The notes below the pieces were generated by a model. That model was given only the letters and a program-made list of their open reading frames with translations. It did no database searches and was not told the origin of the DNA. A program made the translations under genes and the position numbers. DNA of 64,000 nucleotides from an uncultured delta proteobacterium (GTDB lineage: Bacteria > Myxococcota_A > Polyangia > Polyangiales > Polyangiaceae): contig CAWDXG010000004.1 of the NCBI GenBank assembly GCA_963806225.1, forward strand, positions 4,672,001 to 4,736,000. The letters are read 5' to 3'. Position 1 is the first letter of the stretch; each line of letters starts with the position of its first letter. Of the stretch, positions 1-9,603 are shown in pieces.

Positions 1-416
1 ATGCCGTCCGGCGGCTTGGCGATGCCGCTCGCGACGACGGCGTTGACGATGCCGCCGCGCACCGGCAGCTGCAGCGCGTAGCCGACAATCATGAGCAGCG
101 CGTTGGCTGCCACCACCTGCAGCGCAAACGACGTGGAGGCGTGCCGACCCACCAGCGCCTTGATGCTCACCAGCACCATCAAGCCGCCGAGCAGGATCTG
201 TGCGATGCCGAGCGGCAGATTGACGTGCGGATGCTTGCTGATGGCCTCGATGAACGCGGAGACCACCACCTCGCTGCGGTCACCGCCGAGAACGGACGTG
301 GCCGTCGACAGCGGGTTGTGCACCGCCCTCACCGCGACGTAGCCCTCCGCCGCGGCGTTCATGCCGATCAGCCACATCGCGACCAGCGCGATCACGAGGT
401 AGACGGGGCGGCGCAT
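1..416 (-). CDS. hypothetical membrane protein, 3'-truncated by the window edge
   Basis: Read manually from ATG 416: MRRPVYLVIALVAMWLIGMNAAAEGY...LGIAQILLGGLMVLVSIKALVG..., open to base 1 with several hydrophobic segments. In-frame GTG at 446 is an alternative start. Confidence 0.6.
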   Translation of the reverse strand, partial: MRRPVYLVIALVAMWLIGMNAAAEGYVAVRAVHNPLSTATSVLGGDRSEVVVSAFIEAISKHPHVNLPLGIAQILLGGLMVLVSIKALVGRHASTSFALQVVAANALLMIVGYALQLPVRGGIVNAVVASGIAKPPDG

Positions 417-593
417 CCTGCCCCCGCTCTGGAGACTTTCAGGCACTTTCGCTCTCTCTAGCATGCCATCCGCGCGCGCGCGGTTCACGGGGCATTTGGG
501 CGCGTGCGAATCGTCAAGCAGGCAGTTCGACGAAGCGACAGCGCGCCCCCGGCAAAGGACTCCGGTGGGGATGGGCAGGCGGGGTGGAAGCCG

Positions 594-1430
594 CTAGAGC
601 AGCTTTGCTCGACGCGCGGCCTCGGCGATCCCGCCGCCACTCCAGGCATCCGCCTCGAGCAGATCGGTGGCGGCGGCCTTCACGTTGTCGGGCGCCTGCG
701 CCATCGCGAATGCGCGCCCTGCCGCCTGCATCATCGGAATGTCGTTCAGCCAATCCCCCACGGCCACCGTTTCGACGGGCGAGACGCCGTAATGCTCCGC
801 AATCCACTCCAGCGCGGTGCCCTTCGTCACGCCGGCCGCGCGCACCACCATGCCCCAGACGCCGTCGAATCCGCCGCGGCGCACCTCGAAGCTGGTGGTC
901 TGCAGGTGGTCGTGCGTGCGAGGCGAGGAGGCTCCGCTCGGCTCCGCGGATCTGTTCCTCGGTGCCGAGCGATACCAGCGCCGAGACGCAGGCTTCGTTC
1001 AGACCAGCGAGGCTCCTCGAATCACGTCGTCGAGCTGCTGGATGCGGTCGGACCAGGTGCGCACATAGCCGAGGAACGGCGCGCCCTGCTCGTCGTGGAA
1101 CACGACGTCTTCCGCGAAGACGAACGTGACCGGCCGGTACTCGCCAAGCACGCCGAGCAGTGCAGCGGCGGCGTCGGCGTGCAGTGTGCGCGACAAGAGC
1201 GCCCGATCGTTCCTGGCGTCGACGATGTGGCTGCCGTCGATGCAGCCCACGGGCCCCGTCAGGTCCAGGCTGCGCGCGATCTCGCGCGTGCCCGAGTACA
1301 TGCGCCCCGTGCAGATGGAGACGGCAATGCCCTGGTCGAGGAGAGCCGCAATGGCTTCGCGGTCGGCGTCGTGCACGCCACCGGTGCCGTCCAGCAACGT
1401 GCCGTCGAGGTCGGTGACCAGTAGCCGGTA
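594..1430 (-). CDS. Cof-type HAD-IIB hydrolase (frameshifted in the assembly)
   Basis: Motif [12 protein letters not shown], motif II ICTGR and the C-terminal GVTKGTAL...[11 protein letters not shown] are split over ORFs 999-1397 and 594-884. Start is unclear. Confidence 0.85.
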
Positions 1431-1444
1431 GCTTCAGCGTGCCC

Positions 1445-1713
1445 CTAGGAGTCCCGGAGTCTGCCGGATACACAGAGACGCGCTTCTTCGTGCGGCTCGC
1501 GTGCTCGTAGGCGACCGTGCCGTCGATCAGCGCGTAGAGCGTGAAGTCCTTGCCGCGGCCCACGTTGCGACCGGGGTCGATGGTCTGCCCGACCTGGCGC
1601 ACCAGGATGCCACCGGCGCGAACGGATTCGCCGCCGTAGACCTTGACGCCGCGGTACTGCGCGTTCGAACCGCGCCCGTTGCGGGTGGACCCGCCGCCTT
1701 TCTTGTGTGCCAT
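1445..1713 (-). CDS. rpmA: 50S ribosomal protein L27
   Basis: [28 protein letters not shown]...[14 protein letters not shown]. The stop appears shifted by an indel, so the end is approximate. Confidence 0.97.
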
Positions 1714-1719
1714 TCTTGC

Positions 1720-2036
1720 TCCGACGGCCCGCGTGATGCCGGTGATCTTCACCGCAGTGAACGCCTGCCGATGCCCCGCCTTGCGGCGATGCTTCTTGCG
1801 GCGGATGAACTTGAAGACGACGAGCTTCTCGGCGCGGTCCTGGGCGAGGATCTCGCCGGCGACCTTGGCGCCGCTCACGGTCGGCTTGCCGACCTGGGCT
1901 TGTCCCCGCTGACCAGCAGAACGTCGCCGAACTCGACCTTGTCGCCCGGAGCGCCCGGCAGCTTCTCCACCCTGATGGTGTCGCCTTCGGAGACCCGGTA
2001 TTGCTTGCCGCCTGAGCGGATGACTGCAGCTTTCAT
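1720..2036 (-). CDS. rplU: 50S ribosomal protein L21 (frameshifted in the assembly)
   Basis: [19 protein letters not shown]... from ATG 2036, an indel near 1895, then ...[29 protein letters not shown]. Sits directly upstream of rpmA. Confidence 0.95.
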
Positions 2037-2253
2037 GGGAAAGGGGAGCGGAAGCTAGTCCCAGGGGCCTCGTATCGCAAGGGAGATTCCGATCATTTCC
2101 GCCTGAACGGGTGTTCAGCGCCTGGCGCGCTTGGCGCGGTGTGGCATAATCGGCCGGCCGGTTCGTTTCTGTCTCGATGCGGAATCGGCTCGCGCACTAG
2201 GATCGCGCGGATTTGCGGCCTGAAGCCGGGCACATGCCCCGGAGGAGCACAGG

Positions 2254-3476
2254 ATGATCTCGTTCGAGCCCTCGGAGGACCAGGGCCTCATCGTCCAGAC
2301 CGTGGCCGAGCTCGCCAAGACCGCGCTCTCGCCGCGGGCCCGCGAGTTCGAGAAGGAGCGGGCGGTCAGCGACGACGTGAAGAAAGCCATCCAGGAGATG
2401 GGGCTCGCGATGGCGGCCGTTCCCGAGTCGCTCGGCGGACAGGGACTCGGGCTGCTCACGGCGGTGCTCATCAACGAGGAGCTCGCCTACGGCGACCCCG
2501 CCGCGCCGTTCGGACTGCCCGGCTTCGGCCCCTTCACGCTGGCCGCGCTCGAGCTCGGCAGCGAGGAGCAGGCGCGCGCACTGCTTGCGCCGTTCGCCGA
2601 CCCCGGCGCGCACGATCACTTCGGCGCCGTCGCGTGGAGCGAGCTCCACGGCGAACCGCGAGCGGCCCGGGCTTTCGACGCTGGCGACGAAGAGCGGCGA
2701 CGGCTGGGAGATCAGCGGGCAGGCAAGAGCTTCGTCGGCAATGCGGCGGCGGCGCGCCGCTTCATCGTGTTTGCGCAGGTGGACGAGAGCGCGGGCTGGA
2801 GCGGCATCGGCGCTTTCTCCGTCGCGCGTGACAAGCAGGGGCTGACGGTTGGCGCGCGCCACGACACGCTCGGTCTGGGCTGCGCGGAGTTCGGCGAGCT
2901 CACGCTCGAGCGGCGCGAAGGGTCGGAGCGGCGGATCGCCTCGAGGGTGGCGGCGACATCGTGCGTGCGACGCTCCGCTTCTTCGCGAAGTACGCGCTGC
3001 TCGTCGCCGCGCGGCAGGTGGGCCTCTCGCGTGCGGCGTTCGACGTCTCGCGCGAGTACTGCGACATCCGCAAGGCGTTCGGCAAACCCATCGGACACTT
3101 CCAGGCGATTGCGTTCACGCTGGCCGATCGCCACATCGACGCCGAGAGCGCGCGCGAGCTGTGCCGTCGCGCAGCGTGGGCCTGGGACACGGGCAAGGAC
3201 GAGAACCGGGCGCTTGCTGTACACGGCGGCGGCCGTCGCGCAACGCGCACGAAACGCGATGCGCTGCGCCGACGACGCCGTGCAGCTGCACGGCGGCGCG
3301 GGATTCATGCGCGACGTGATCGTCGAGAAGATGATGCGCGACGCGAAGCAGATCGCGCTCTCAGCGGCGCCACCGCCGAGCACATGGATCAGCTCGCTGC
3401 AGCCGTCGAGCTCGGCGCAGCGCTCGACCCAGCGCTGGTCCTCCCCACGCCCGAAACCCAGGCCGTGTTCACCTGA
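2254..3476 (+). CDS. acyl-CoA dehydrogenase family protein (several frameshifts)
   Basis: MISFEPSEDQ..., VPESLGGQG, EELAYGD, RKAFGKPIGHFQAIAFTLAD and AVQLHGGAGF...EKMMRDAK occur across several frames. Confidence 0.85.
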
Positions 3477-3493
3477 CCCGACGAGAGAGCACC

Positions 3494-4716
3494 ATGATCG
3501 ACTTCGAGCTGGACACCCGACAGCACACGCTCAAGCAGGCGCTGCACGACCTGGGCAAGAACGTCATCCGTCCGCAGAGCCTCGCCTGGGATCAGCGAAG
3601 CACACCGTCGACGAGCAGTTCCTGCGCACGTTCTACAACATGAGCCAGGCGCTCCGCGGCGAGTCCAATCCCATGCAGGAGTTCCAGGAGGGCTCGAAGA
3701 AGCGCGACCCCGACAAGCCGTTACAGGCCAACCGCATGGCGGCCATCGGTGCCGAGGAGCTGGCCTGGGCGGACGCCGCCATCATGCTCAGCCTGCCGGG
3801 GCCGGGCCTCGGCGGGCCGCCGCTCAAGGCAAGCGGCACGCCGGAGCAGAAGGAGCGCTTCTTCTCCATTTTCCGCGACATGAGCGACGAGCTGCGCTGG
3901 GGCGCGTACGGCCTCACCGAGCCCGGTGCCGGCAGCGACGTGGCCGCGATCCGCACCTCGTGCGTCAAGGACGGCAGCGACTACATCCTCAACGGGCGCA
4001 AGTGCTACATCACCAACGGCGGGCGCGCGTCGTGGGTGGTGATCTTCGCCACGGTCGATCCGGCGCTCGGGCGCGCGGGGCACCGCGCGTTCGTGGTGGA
4101 AAAGGGCACGCCCGGTTTCTTCGTCGGCAAGCTCGAGGACAAGATGGGCCTGCGCGCCAACGAGACGGCGGAGCTGGTGCTCGAAGACTGCCGCGTCCCC
4201 GTCGACAACCTGCTCGGCGGCGAGGAGAAGTACCAGACCAAGGAAGGCTTCATGACCGCCATGAAGACCTTCGACAACACCCGGCCGCTGGTTGCCGCGA
4301 TGGCCGTCGGCATCGGTCGCGCGGCGTACGAGTACGCGCGCGATTTCGTGAAGGACAACTACGTCCTGTCGCGCCCCATCCCACGCTACGCCGCCATCGC
4401 CGAGCGGCTCGCACGCGTGAACCGCCAGCTCGAGGCGGCGCGTATCCTGGTCTGGAAGGCCGTGTGGATGGCCGACCATTCCATTCCGAACGCCAAGGAA
4501 GCGAGCATGTCCAAGGCGCTCGCGGGCAAGGCCTCGATCAACGCCTGCATCGAAGCGATCGAGATCTGTGGCGCGCACGGAACGCTGGCCACCGACCACG
4601 CCCTGCTCGAAAAGTGGTTCCGCGACATCAAGGTCTACGACATTTTCGAAGGCACCGGACAGATCCAGCGCATCGTGATCAGCAAGCGGCTCGTCACGGG
4701 GTTGAAGGGGTTCTAG
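3494..4716 (+). CDS. acyl-CoA dehydrogenase (one frameshift near 3597)
   Basis: ATG 3494 MIDFELD...; GLTEPGAGSD, LNGRKCYITNG, KMGLRA.ETAEL and LEKWFRDIKVYDIFEGTGQIQR (catalytic Glu region). Confidence 0.93.
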
Positions 4717-4794
4717 CGCGCGCTCCGAGCGGCGCGCTGCGCGACGTACTTGGCGCGCTGCGTGCGGCGTTGAAGTGCGCGCGGCTCGATGTGC

Positions 4795-4860
4795 GCGCGG
4801 GGCGCGTAGATGTGCGCGGGGCGCGTAGACGTGCGCGGGGCGCATAGATGTGCGCGGGGC
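4795..4860. repeat. 19-bp tandem repeat, about 3.5 copies
   Basis: gcgcggggcgc(g/a)taga(t/c)gt at 4795, 4814 and 4833, with a partial copy at 4852. Confidence 0.85.
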
Positions 4861-4900
4861 GGACATCTGGCGGCGGCGATGTGCGCGCTCGGCGGCCGAC

Positions 4901-5047
4901 GCATTTCCGTGGCGTGGGGCGTCTGACAGCATGGAAATGCACGTGACGCGCGCATTTCGGTGGCGTGGGGCGTCTGACAGCATGGAAATGCGCGTGACGC
5001 GCGCATTTCCGCATCGTGGGGCGTCTGACAGCACCGAAATGCGCGCG
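4901..5047. repeat. 51-bp palindromic tandem repeat, 3 copies (REP-like)
   Basis: Units start at 4901, 4952 and 5003: gcatttc...cgtggggcgtctgacagca..gaaatgc. The gcatttc and gaaatgc arms are reverse complements. Confidence 0.85.
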
Positions 5048-5137
5048 GTGTGTGCACCAGTGTGTTGGTGGGTCCTGGCAGCCGCTCCGCGTCGTGGAGG
5101 CGGCGCCGCACGTACCCCCTGCGCGTCCTGTGGACTG

Positions 5138-5798
5138 ATGGATACGCCCAGAATCAATCTCGATGGCTCCGGAGCTTTCCGCGCCGCTCGCCCGGGCCGA
5201 CCGGCGCGTCGGCCGTCGCCGGCGCGCCGACGCAGGGCGCTCGCGACTGCCGACGGCAGTGGAAGCGAAGCTGCAAGAGCTGCTCTCCACGCGCGAGCGC
5301 CAGGACGTGGCTCGCGTTCGCGTCGAGCTTGCCGCCTACTGCCGCCGGAACGGCCTTCCGCGCCCGTCGCGCGCGACCGTGTACAACGCGTTGGCTCGCG
5401 TCGTCCACGCGTTCAACTACGGCGACACGCGGGCGTTGAGCTTCGCAGCCGGTATGCCCTGGGCGTGCCTGGCGCGCGCGGCGGACAAGTCCGGATGGCG
5501 GCCGAAGAGCCTTGCTCTGCTGGGGGCCGTGATGAGCTGTCGGGGCACACCTGCCGGACCTCGAGCGCTTCGTCGAGGACCTGGCGCTGACCACCGACGG
5601 CATCCTGGCGACCAAGGTGCACGCCGCGACTTCTTCGACCTGTACGTGATGCTGGAGCAGGGGCGGCTCGGAATCGTCGAGTGCCTGCGCGCGATCTTGT
5701 TGCGCCCCGAGCGGCCGCTCGCGGTGCAGTTGCGGAAGGTCGGCGTGCGACGGAACGCGACGCGATCGGGCCGCCTCGGGCGCACGAAGAAGCGCTGA
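5138..5798 (+). pseudogene. decayed HTH antitoxin-like plus AbiEii nucleotidyltransferase-like remnant
   Basis: HTH-like RRRADAGRSRL...PSRATVYNAL is followed by fragments ILATKVHA / GARRDFFDLYVML that resemble the AbiEii C-terminal motifs. The region is far too short for two intact genes. Confidence 0.5.
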
Positions 5799-5949
5799 AG
5801 ACAGCCGGCGCGAGGCACGTGCGGGGGCGCCAGAGCCGCTGGATATCCGCGTTATCCGGCTCCGGCGAAGAAATCACGCATCTGGTCCACGGGCGCGCCG
5901 ATAGGTGCGGCACAGGGCGCTTCCGCCCCGACAACCCGCGAGGAAAACG

Positions 5950-6156
5950 ATGCGTGATTGGACCGAACAACTGAAGGAGCTCCGGGCCCGGTTCGACGAG
6001 CAGAACGCCGAGCTCGACCAGGTCTGGAACACCCTCGGCAGCCTGGGCGACAGCGTGGAGCTGTCCGTCCCGCAGGCTGTCCTCGACGAGATCGACGACG
6101 GCTGCGCGGTGCGCAGCGCAGAAGACAACGCGGTTCGCGTGGGCATCCGCGCGTAG
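5950..6156 (+). CDS. small acidic coiled-coil protein, first gene of the translocon cassette
   Basis: RBS gagga before ATG 5950; 68 aa MRDWTEQLKELRARFDEQNAELDQ...VGIRA. Confidence 0.7.
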   Translation: MRDWTEQLKELRARFDEQNAELDQVWNTLGSLGDSVELSVPQAVLDEIDDGCAVRSAEDNAVRVGIRA

Positions 6157-6179
6157 TCATCAAGGAAAGGACAGGAACG

Positions 6180-6788
6180 ATGGGATACTCACCTATGGGC
6201 GGCGGCAACGCGGTCGGGAACAATGGCCCGGCTCCCGGCGCGTACGGCGCGTTCGCCTCGCCGTTGGATGCGCCCGGAGCGGGCCTGACCGGGCTCACGC
6301 CGGAAGGTCTGATGATCTACCTGAAGAGCCGTCTCAAGGGTCTCGACACGAAGATCCAGGAGATCTTCGACAACCAGAAGCACAACCAAGCTGTTCAGGA
6401 CGCGCTGCAGAAGCTCCAGACCATCCTCGCGGGTCTGAACCAGAAAGACGACCAGAAAACTTCACCCAACCTGGTAGCGGACATCAAGGCAGCGCTGGCC
6501 GACCTGAAGGCTGTCGCCCCCGACCTCGGGGCACAGGTGGCAGACCAGCTCGGTAAGTCGGGGCAGATTCTCGACGGGGGAGACAACGCCTACAAGGCAT
6601 CCGACGTGAAAGCGTCCGAGGTCTACCTGGACGATATCAGCAAGGAGCTGAATTCGGGTGCGCAGCTGGACATGATCCACCTCCAGTCGCTGATGTCGTC
6701 ACGCCAGACGGCGGTCCAGCTCTCCACCAACCTCATCCAGTCGCTGGGTCACAGCGCGGACGCCATCGCCGCCAACATGGGGAAGTGA
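6180..6788 (+). CDS. T3SS tip/filament protein, Bsp22/EspA-like (SctA)
   Basis: Helical protein whose C-terminus LNSGAQLDMIHLQSLMSSRQTAVQLSTNLIQSLGHSADAIAANMG resembles the Bsp22-type polymerisation helix. Lies directly before the chaperone and translocators. Confidence 0.7.
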   Translation: MGYSPMGGGNAVGNNGPAPGAYGAFASPLDAPGAGLTGLTPEGLMIYLKSRLKGLDTKIQEIFDNQKHNQAVQDALQKLQTILAGLNQKDDQKTSPNLVADIKAALADLKAVAPDLGAQVADQLGKSGQILDGGDNAYKASDVKASEVYLDDISKELNSGAQLDMIHLQSLMSSRQTAVQLSTNLIQSLGHSADAIAANMGK

Positions 6789-6790
6789 TC

Positions 6791-7189
6791 ATGTCCGCTC
6801 TCGCCTGCCCGAATCACGTTCCTCCGTCGCCCGCGGCAGTGGCGGAGCGCTGCTACGCGAGCGCCTACCAGGCGCTCGCGGATGGCGACCTCGACAACGC
6901 GCTCGGCTTGTTCGGGATCCTCGCTCTGCTGTCCGCAAAGGACGAGAGGGCGTGGATCGGGCTGGCGACCGTGTGCGAGCGCCGCGAGAACTGGGACGCC
7001 GCTGCTGGCCTGTACGGGGTCGGCAGCGGGTTCGCCCCGCGCTCGGCCTGGTGCCACTTCGGCCGTGGTCGGGCGCTCAACCGAATTGGAGAGCGCGCGC
7101 TTGCGCTGCGCGAGCTCGACCTGGCCGAGCAAGCCACGAGCGACGTGGCCCTGCTCGACGCGATCGAAGAAGAAAGGAATCCGTCATGA
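6791..7189 (+). CDS. class II T3SS translocator chaperone, SycD/LcrH-like TPR protein
   Basis: YASAYQALADGDLDNALGLFGILALLSAKDERAWIGLATVCE...CHFGRGRAL forms three TPRs with the SycD pattern. ATGA overlap with the next gene. Confidence 0.8.
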   Translation: MSALACPNHVPPSPAAVAERCYASAYQALADGDLDNALGLFGILALLSAKDERAWIGLATVCERRENWDAAAGLYGVGSGFAPRSAWCHFGRGRALNRIGERALALRELDLAEQATSDVALLDAIEEERNPS

Positions 7190-8376
7190 CTTCCGTCGCC
7201 GCAACCGGCACGAACCACATCGCGGCTACGGGCAGTGCTCCCACCGGGGCCGCCACGGCTACGAACAACGCAACCCTCTCCGGGCTGCCCGAGCCCACGG
7301 CCACGGCCGCAAGTCCCGGCGACCTGATGGGCGAGATGCTGGCGATGATGGAGAAGACGAGCCAGCTCTCGACCTCGAACACCGAGCACCAGCTCTCGGC
7401 CAAGCACAACGAGCTCGAGCAGGCCCGCAAGGATTTCCTGAAGAAGATCGCCGACGCGATCCGCAAGCAGGAACACGCCAAGCAGCATCACGGCCTCTTC
7501 GGCAGCATCTTCCACGCCGTCGGTGACGCGCTCGGCGAGGCGCTCGGCACCTTGATCGACTTCGCCAAGGATACCGTCATTGCGCCGGTGAAGATGACGG
7601 TCGGTCTGGCGGAGGGGAAGAGCCTCTCGAACGTCATGCAGTCGGAGATGCACGACCTGCTCACGAATGGTGACTGGGCCAACACGGTCAAGAACTGCAC
7701 CGAGGGCGTGGTCGGTTTCGCCGGAGATCTGCAGGACGCGGTCGACGGCATCGCGACGGACCTCGCATCCGGGCGCTCGGTAGGCGAAGCGTTCGAGCGC
7801 GCCGGCAAGAAGGCGTGGAGCAGCCTCAAGACCAACATCCTCGAGAACAAGGACTTCTGGAAGGTGACGGGCGCCATCGCCACTGCGGTTGCCGTCGCTG
7901 CGGCCGTGATGACCGGTGGTGCGCTCGCGTTCCTGGCCGTCGGTCTCATCCTGGTGTGCGAAGTCGACAACCACACCCACTTCATCAACAAGGCGTTCGG
8001 CCCGAAGGCAGGGCCCTGGGTCAAACTGGGAATGGAAGTCGCGGCCAGTGCCCTGTCGGGTGGCGCCGCGATGGCTTCCCAGGGAACCGCCGCGATGCAG
8101 GCCATCCAGGCTGCATCGGCCATCGCGAGCGGCGTGTCGGCCGTGGGCCAGGGCGTCCAGACCATCGATGCCGCCAAGCAGAAGGCCGGCGAGATCCGCG
8201 CGCAGGCGGACGTGACACAGGCGCTGAATCGCATGCAGCAGATTCAACGCATGATCGACGACCTCATCTCGGTGCTCGAGGAGAAGTCGGACCAGCACAA
8301 GTCGTTCGTGAAGGGGGCGGCGAAGCTCGTGCAGACGCAGGGCGCCGTCCAGGCCGCGGCAATCATGCGCGCGTAG
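7186..8376 (+). CDS. major hydrophobic translocator, YopB/SseC-like (SctE)
   Basis: Low-complexity N-terminus with an LPEP chaperone-binding-like motif, a coiled coil ending GLFGSIF, hydrophobic AIATAVAVAAAVMTGGALAFLAVGLILV and a C-terminal coiled coil. Confidence 0.8.
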   Translation: MTSVAATGTNHIAATGSAPTGAATATNNATLSGLPEPTATAASPGDLMGEMLAMMEKTSQLSTSNTEHQLSAKHNELEQARKDFLKKIADAIRKQEHAKQHHGLFGSIFHAVGDALGEALGTLIDFAKDTVIAPVKMTVGLAEGKSLSNVMQSEMHDLLTNGDWANTVKNCTEGVVGFAGDLQDAVDGIATDLASGRSVGEAFERAGKKAWSSLKTNILENKDFWKVTGAIATAVAVAAAVMTGGALAFLAVGLILVCEVDNHTHFINKAFGPKAGPWVKLGMEVAASALSGGAAMASQGTAAMQAIQAASAIASGVSAVGQGVQTIDAAKQKAGEIRAQADVTQALNRMQQIQRMIDDLISVLEEKSDQHKSFVKGAAKLVQTQGAVQAAAIMRA

Positions 8377-8424
8377 TCAACAGACGAACACCAGGAACCA
8401 AACCACCCCGGAAGGAGAAAGAAG

Positions 8425-9027
8425 ATGGCTATCAATGGAGTCGGAGGACCCACCCAGTCGCCTGTCAGCATGATGGATTCCTACGAGAAGGTTTCCGCGG
8501 AGCTCGGCGGCGACGTGGATGCGCAGATCGCCGCGCTCATGCTCGTCTCGTCGCACGAACAGCGGAAGTCGCTCCATCAGGCCCGCCAGGCCGCGGAGAA
8601 GCACCTGGAAGCTTCCGAGCACAAGCAGGTGCAGTCGATGCGCGACCAGGCCGACGCGATCGAGACGGCGGCCGTCTTGAAAGGCGTGGGGCAGATGTGC
8701 GAGGGCGCCGGCCAGATCACCGCTGGCGGGTTCGCCCTGGGCACAAACGACCAGGCAGCCGCGCAGGCGATGTCGACAGGAACCGGCCAGGTCGGAGGCT
8801 CCGGTTTCGACATCGTCGGCAGCTACTACGATCACAAGGGCGCCGAGAAGAGCGCCGATGCGACTGCTGCCGGCAATCGCGCCGATGCGGACAAGCGCAC
8901 GCTCGACGACATCCGCGATAACGACAGGGACGCACGCGACGTGGCGCACAAGGCCCTCGACATGGTGGATCGGCTGGAGGAGACGCGCGCGGCGATGAAC
9001 CAGGCCGCGCTGTTCAAGCGGGTCTGA
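8425..9027 (+). CDS. minor translocator, YopD/SseD-like (SctB)
   Basis: RBS aaggag; IAALML...RQA...QVQSMRDQADAIETAAVLKG.GQ..., Gly-rich amphipathic centre. Canonical position after SctE. Confidence 0.7.
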   Translation: MAINGVGGPTQSPVSMMDSYEKVSAELGGDVDAQIAALMLVSSHEQRKSLHQARQAAEKHLEASEHKQVQSMRDQADAIETAAVLKGVGQMCEGAGQITAGGFALGTNDQAAAQAMSTGTGQVGGSGFDIVGSYYDHKGAEKSADATAAGNRADADKRTLDDIRDNDRDARDVAHKALDMVDRLEETRAAMNQAALFKRV

Positions 9028-9107
9028 CGCCGTCGGTCCGGTCGCCCGCTCCGCCAGGCGTGCCGCACTGCGGCGCGCCTGGCGCTTCTTTGTGCAGTGC
9101 TGACGCG

Positions 9108-9603
9108 ATGGCGATTTCTCGCTATGCTCCCCGCGTGGTGCGTTTTTTCACGGCGACGGCGCTGGTTTTCGCGCTGGGGATGGCCTCAGCGACGGCCGCG
9201 GCCCGGCCGAAGCACCGCGCGGCGGCGCCCCACCACCATTACGCCAAGACCAAGGCCAAGAAGGGCCAGAAGGTCAAGGACAAGGGCGACGCCACGGATG
9301 CCAAGGACAAAGCTGATTCCGAGCACGACGTGACGGAGCCCGGCAAGGCCAGGGGTCCGGCAAAGAAGGGGTCCGAAGGGGACGGGCGTGCCCAAGGTGG
9401 TGGAGACGGAGAAACAGGGCCAAGGCAAGAAGGCCATCAAGACCTACAAGTTCGGTCCCCAGGCGGTCGAAGGCCGGCTGAAGTCACCGCAGATCATCTA
9501 CTTCCTCCGGCGCGTACGCGCCGAGTTCGCGGCCGGCGATCTGGGGCATCGTTCGTTCATGCGCGAGCTGTCCGACACGCGACGCGACCCTGCTTTCCGA
9601 TGA
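9108..9603 (+). CDS. CglF/GltF-like secreted protein (frameshift near 9385)
   Basis: Signal peptide, Lys-rich linker, then KTYKFGPQAVEGRLKSPQIIYFLRR...RSFMRELSDT matching the GltF pattern. ATGA overlap with the GltG-like gene. Confidence 0.6.

Noticed and set aside
514..1878. Apparent L21-L27 fusion with a long C-terminal extension
   Set aside because: Best explained by indels removing the stop codons. The extension is the off-frame reading of the HAD gene.
2254..4716. Single 820-aa double acyl-CoA dehydrogenase
   Set aside because: The middle of the ORF is off-frame, and a stop at 3476 and a start at 3494 define two genes.
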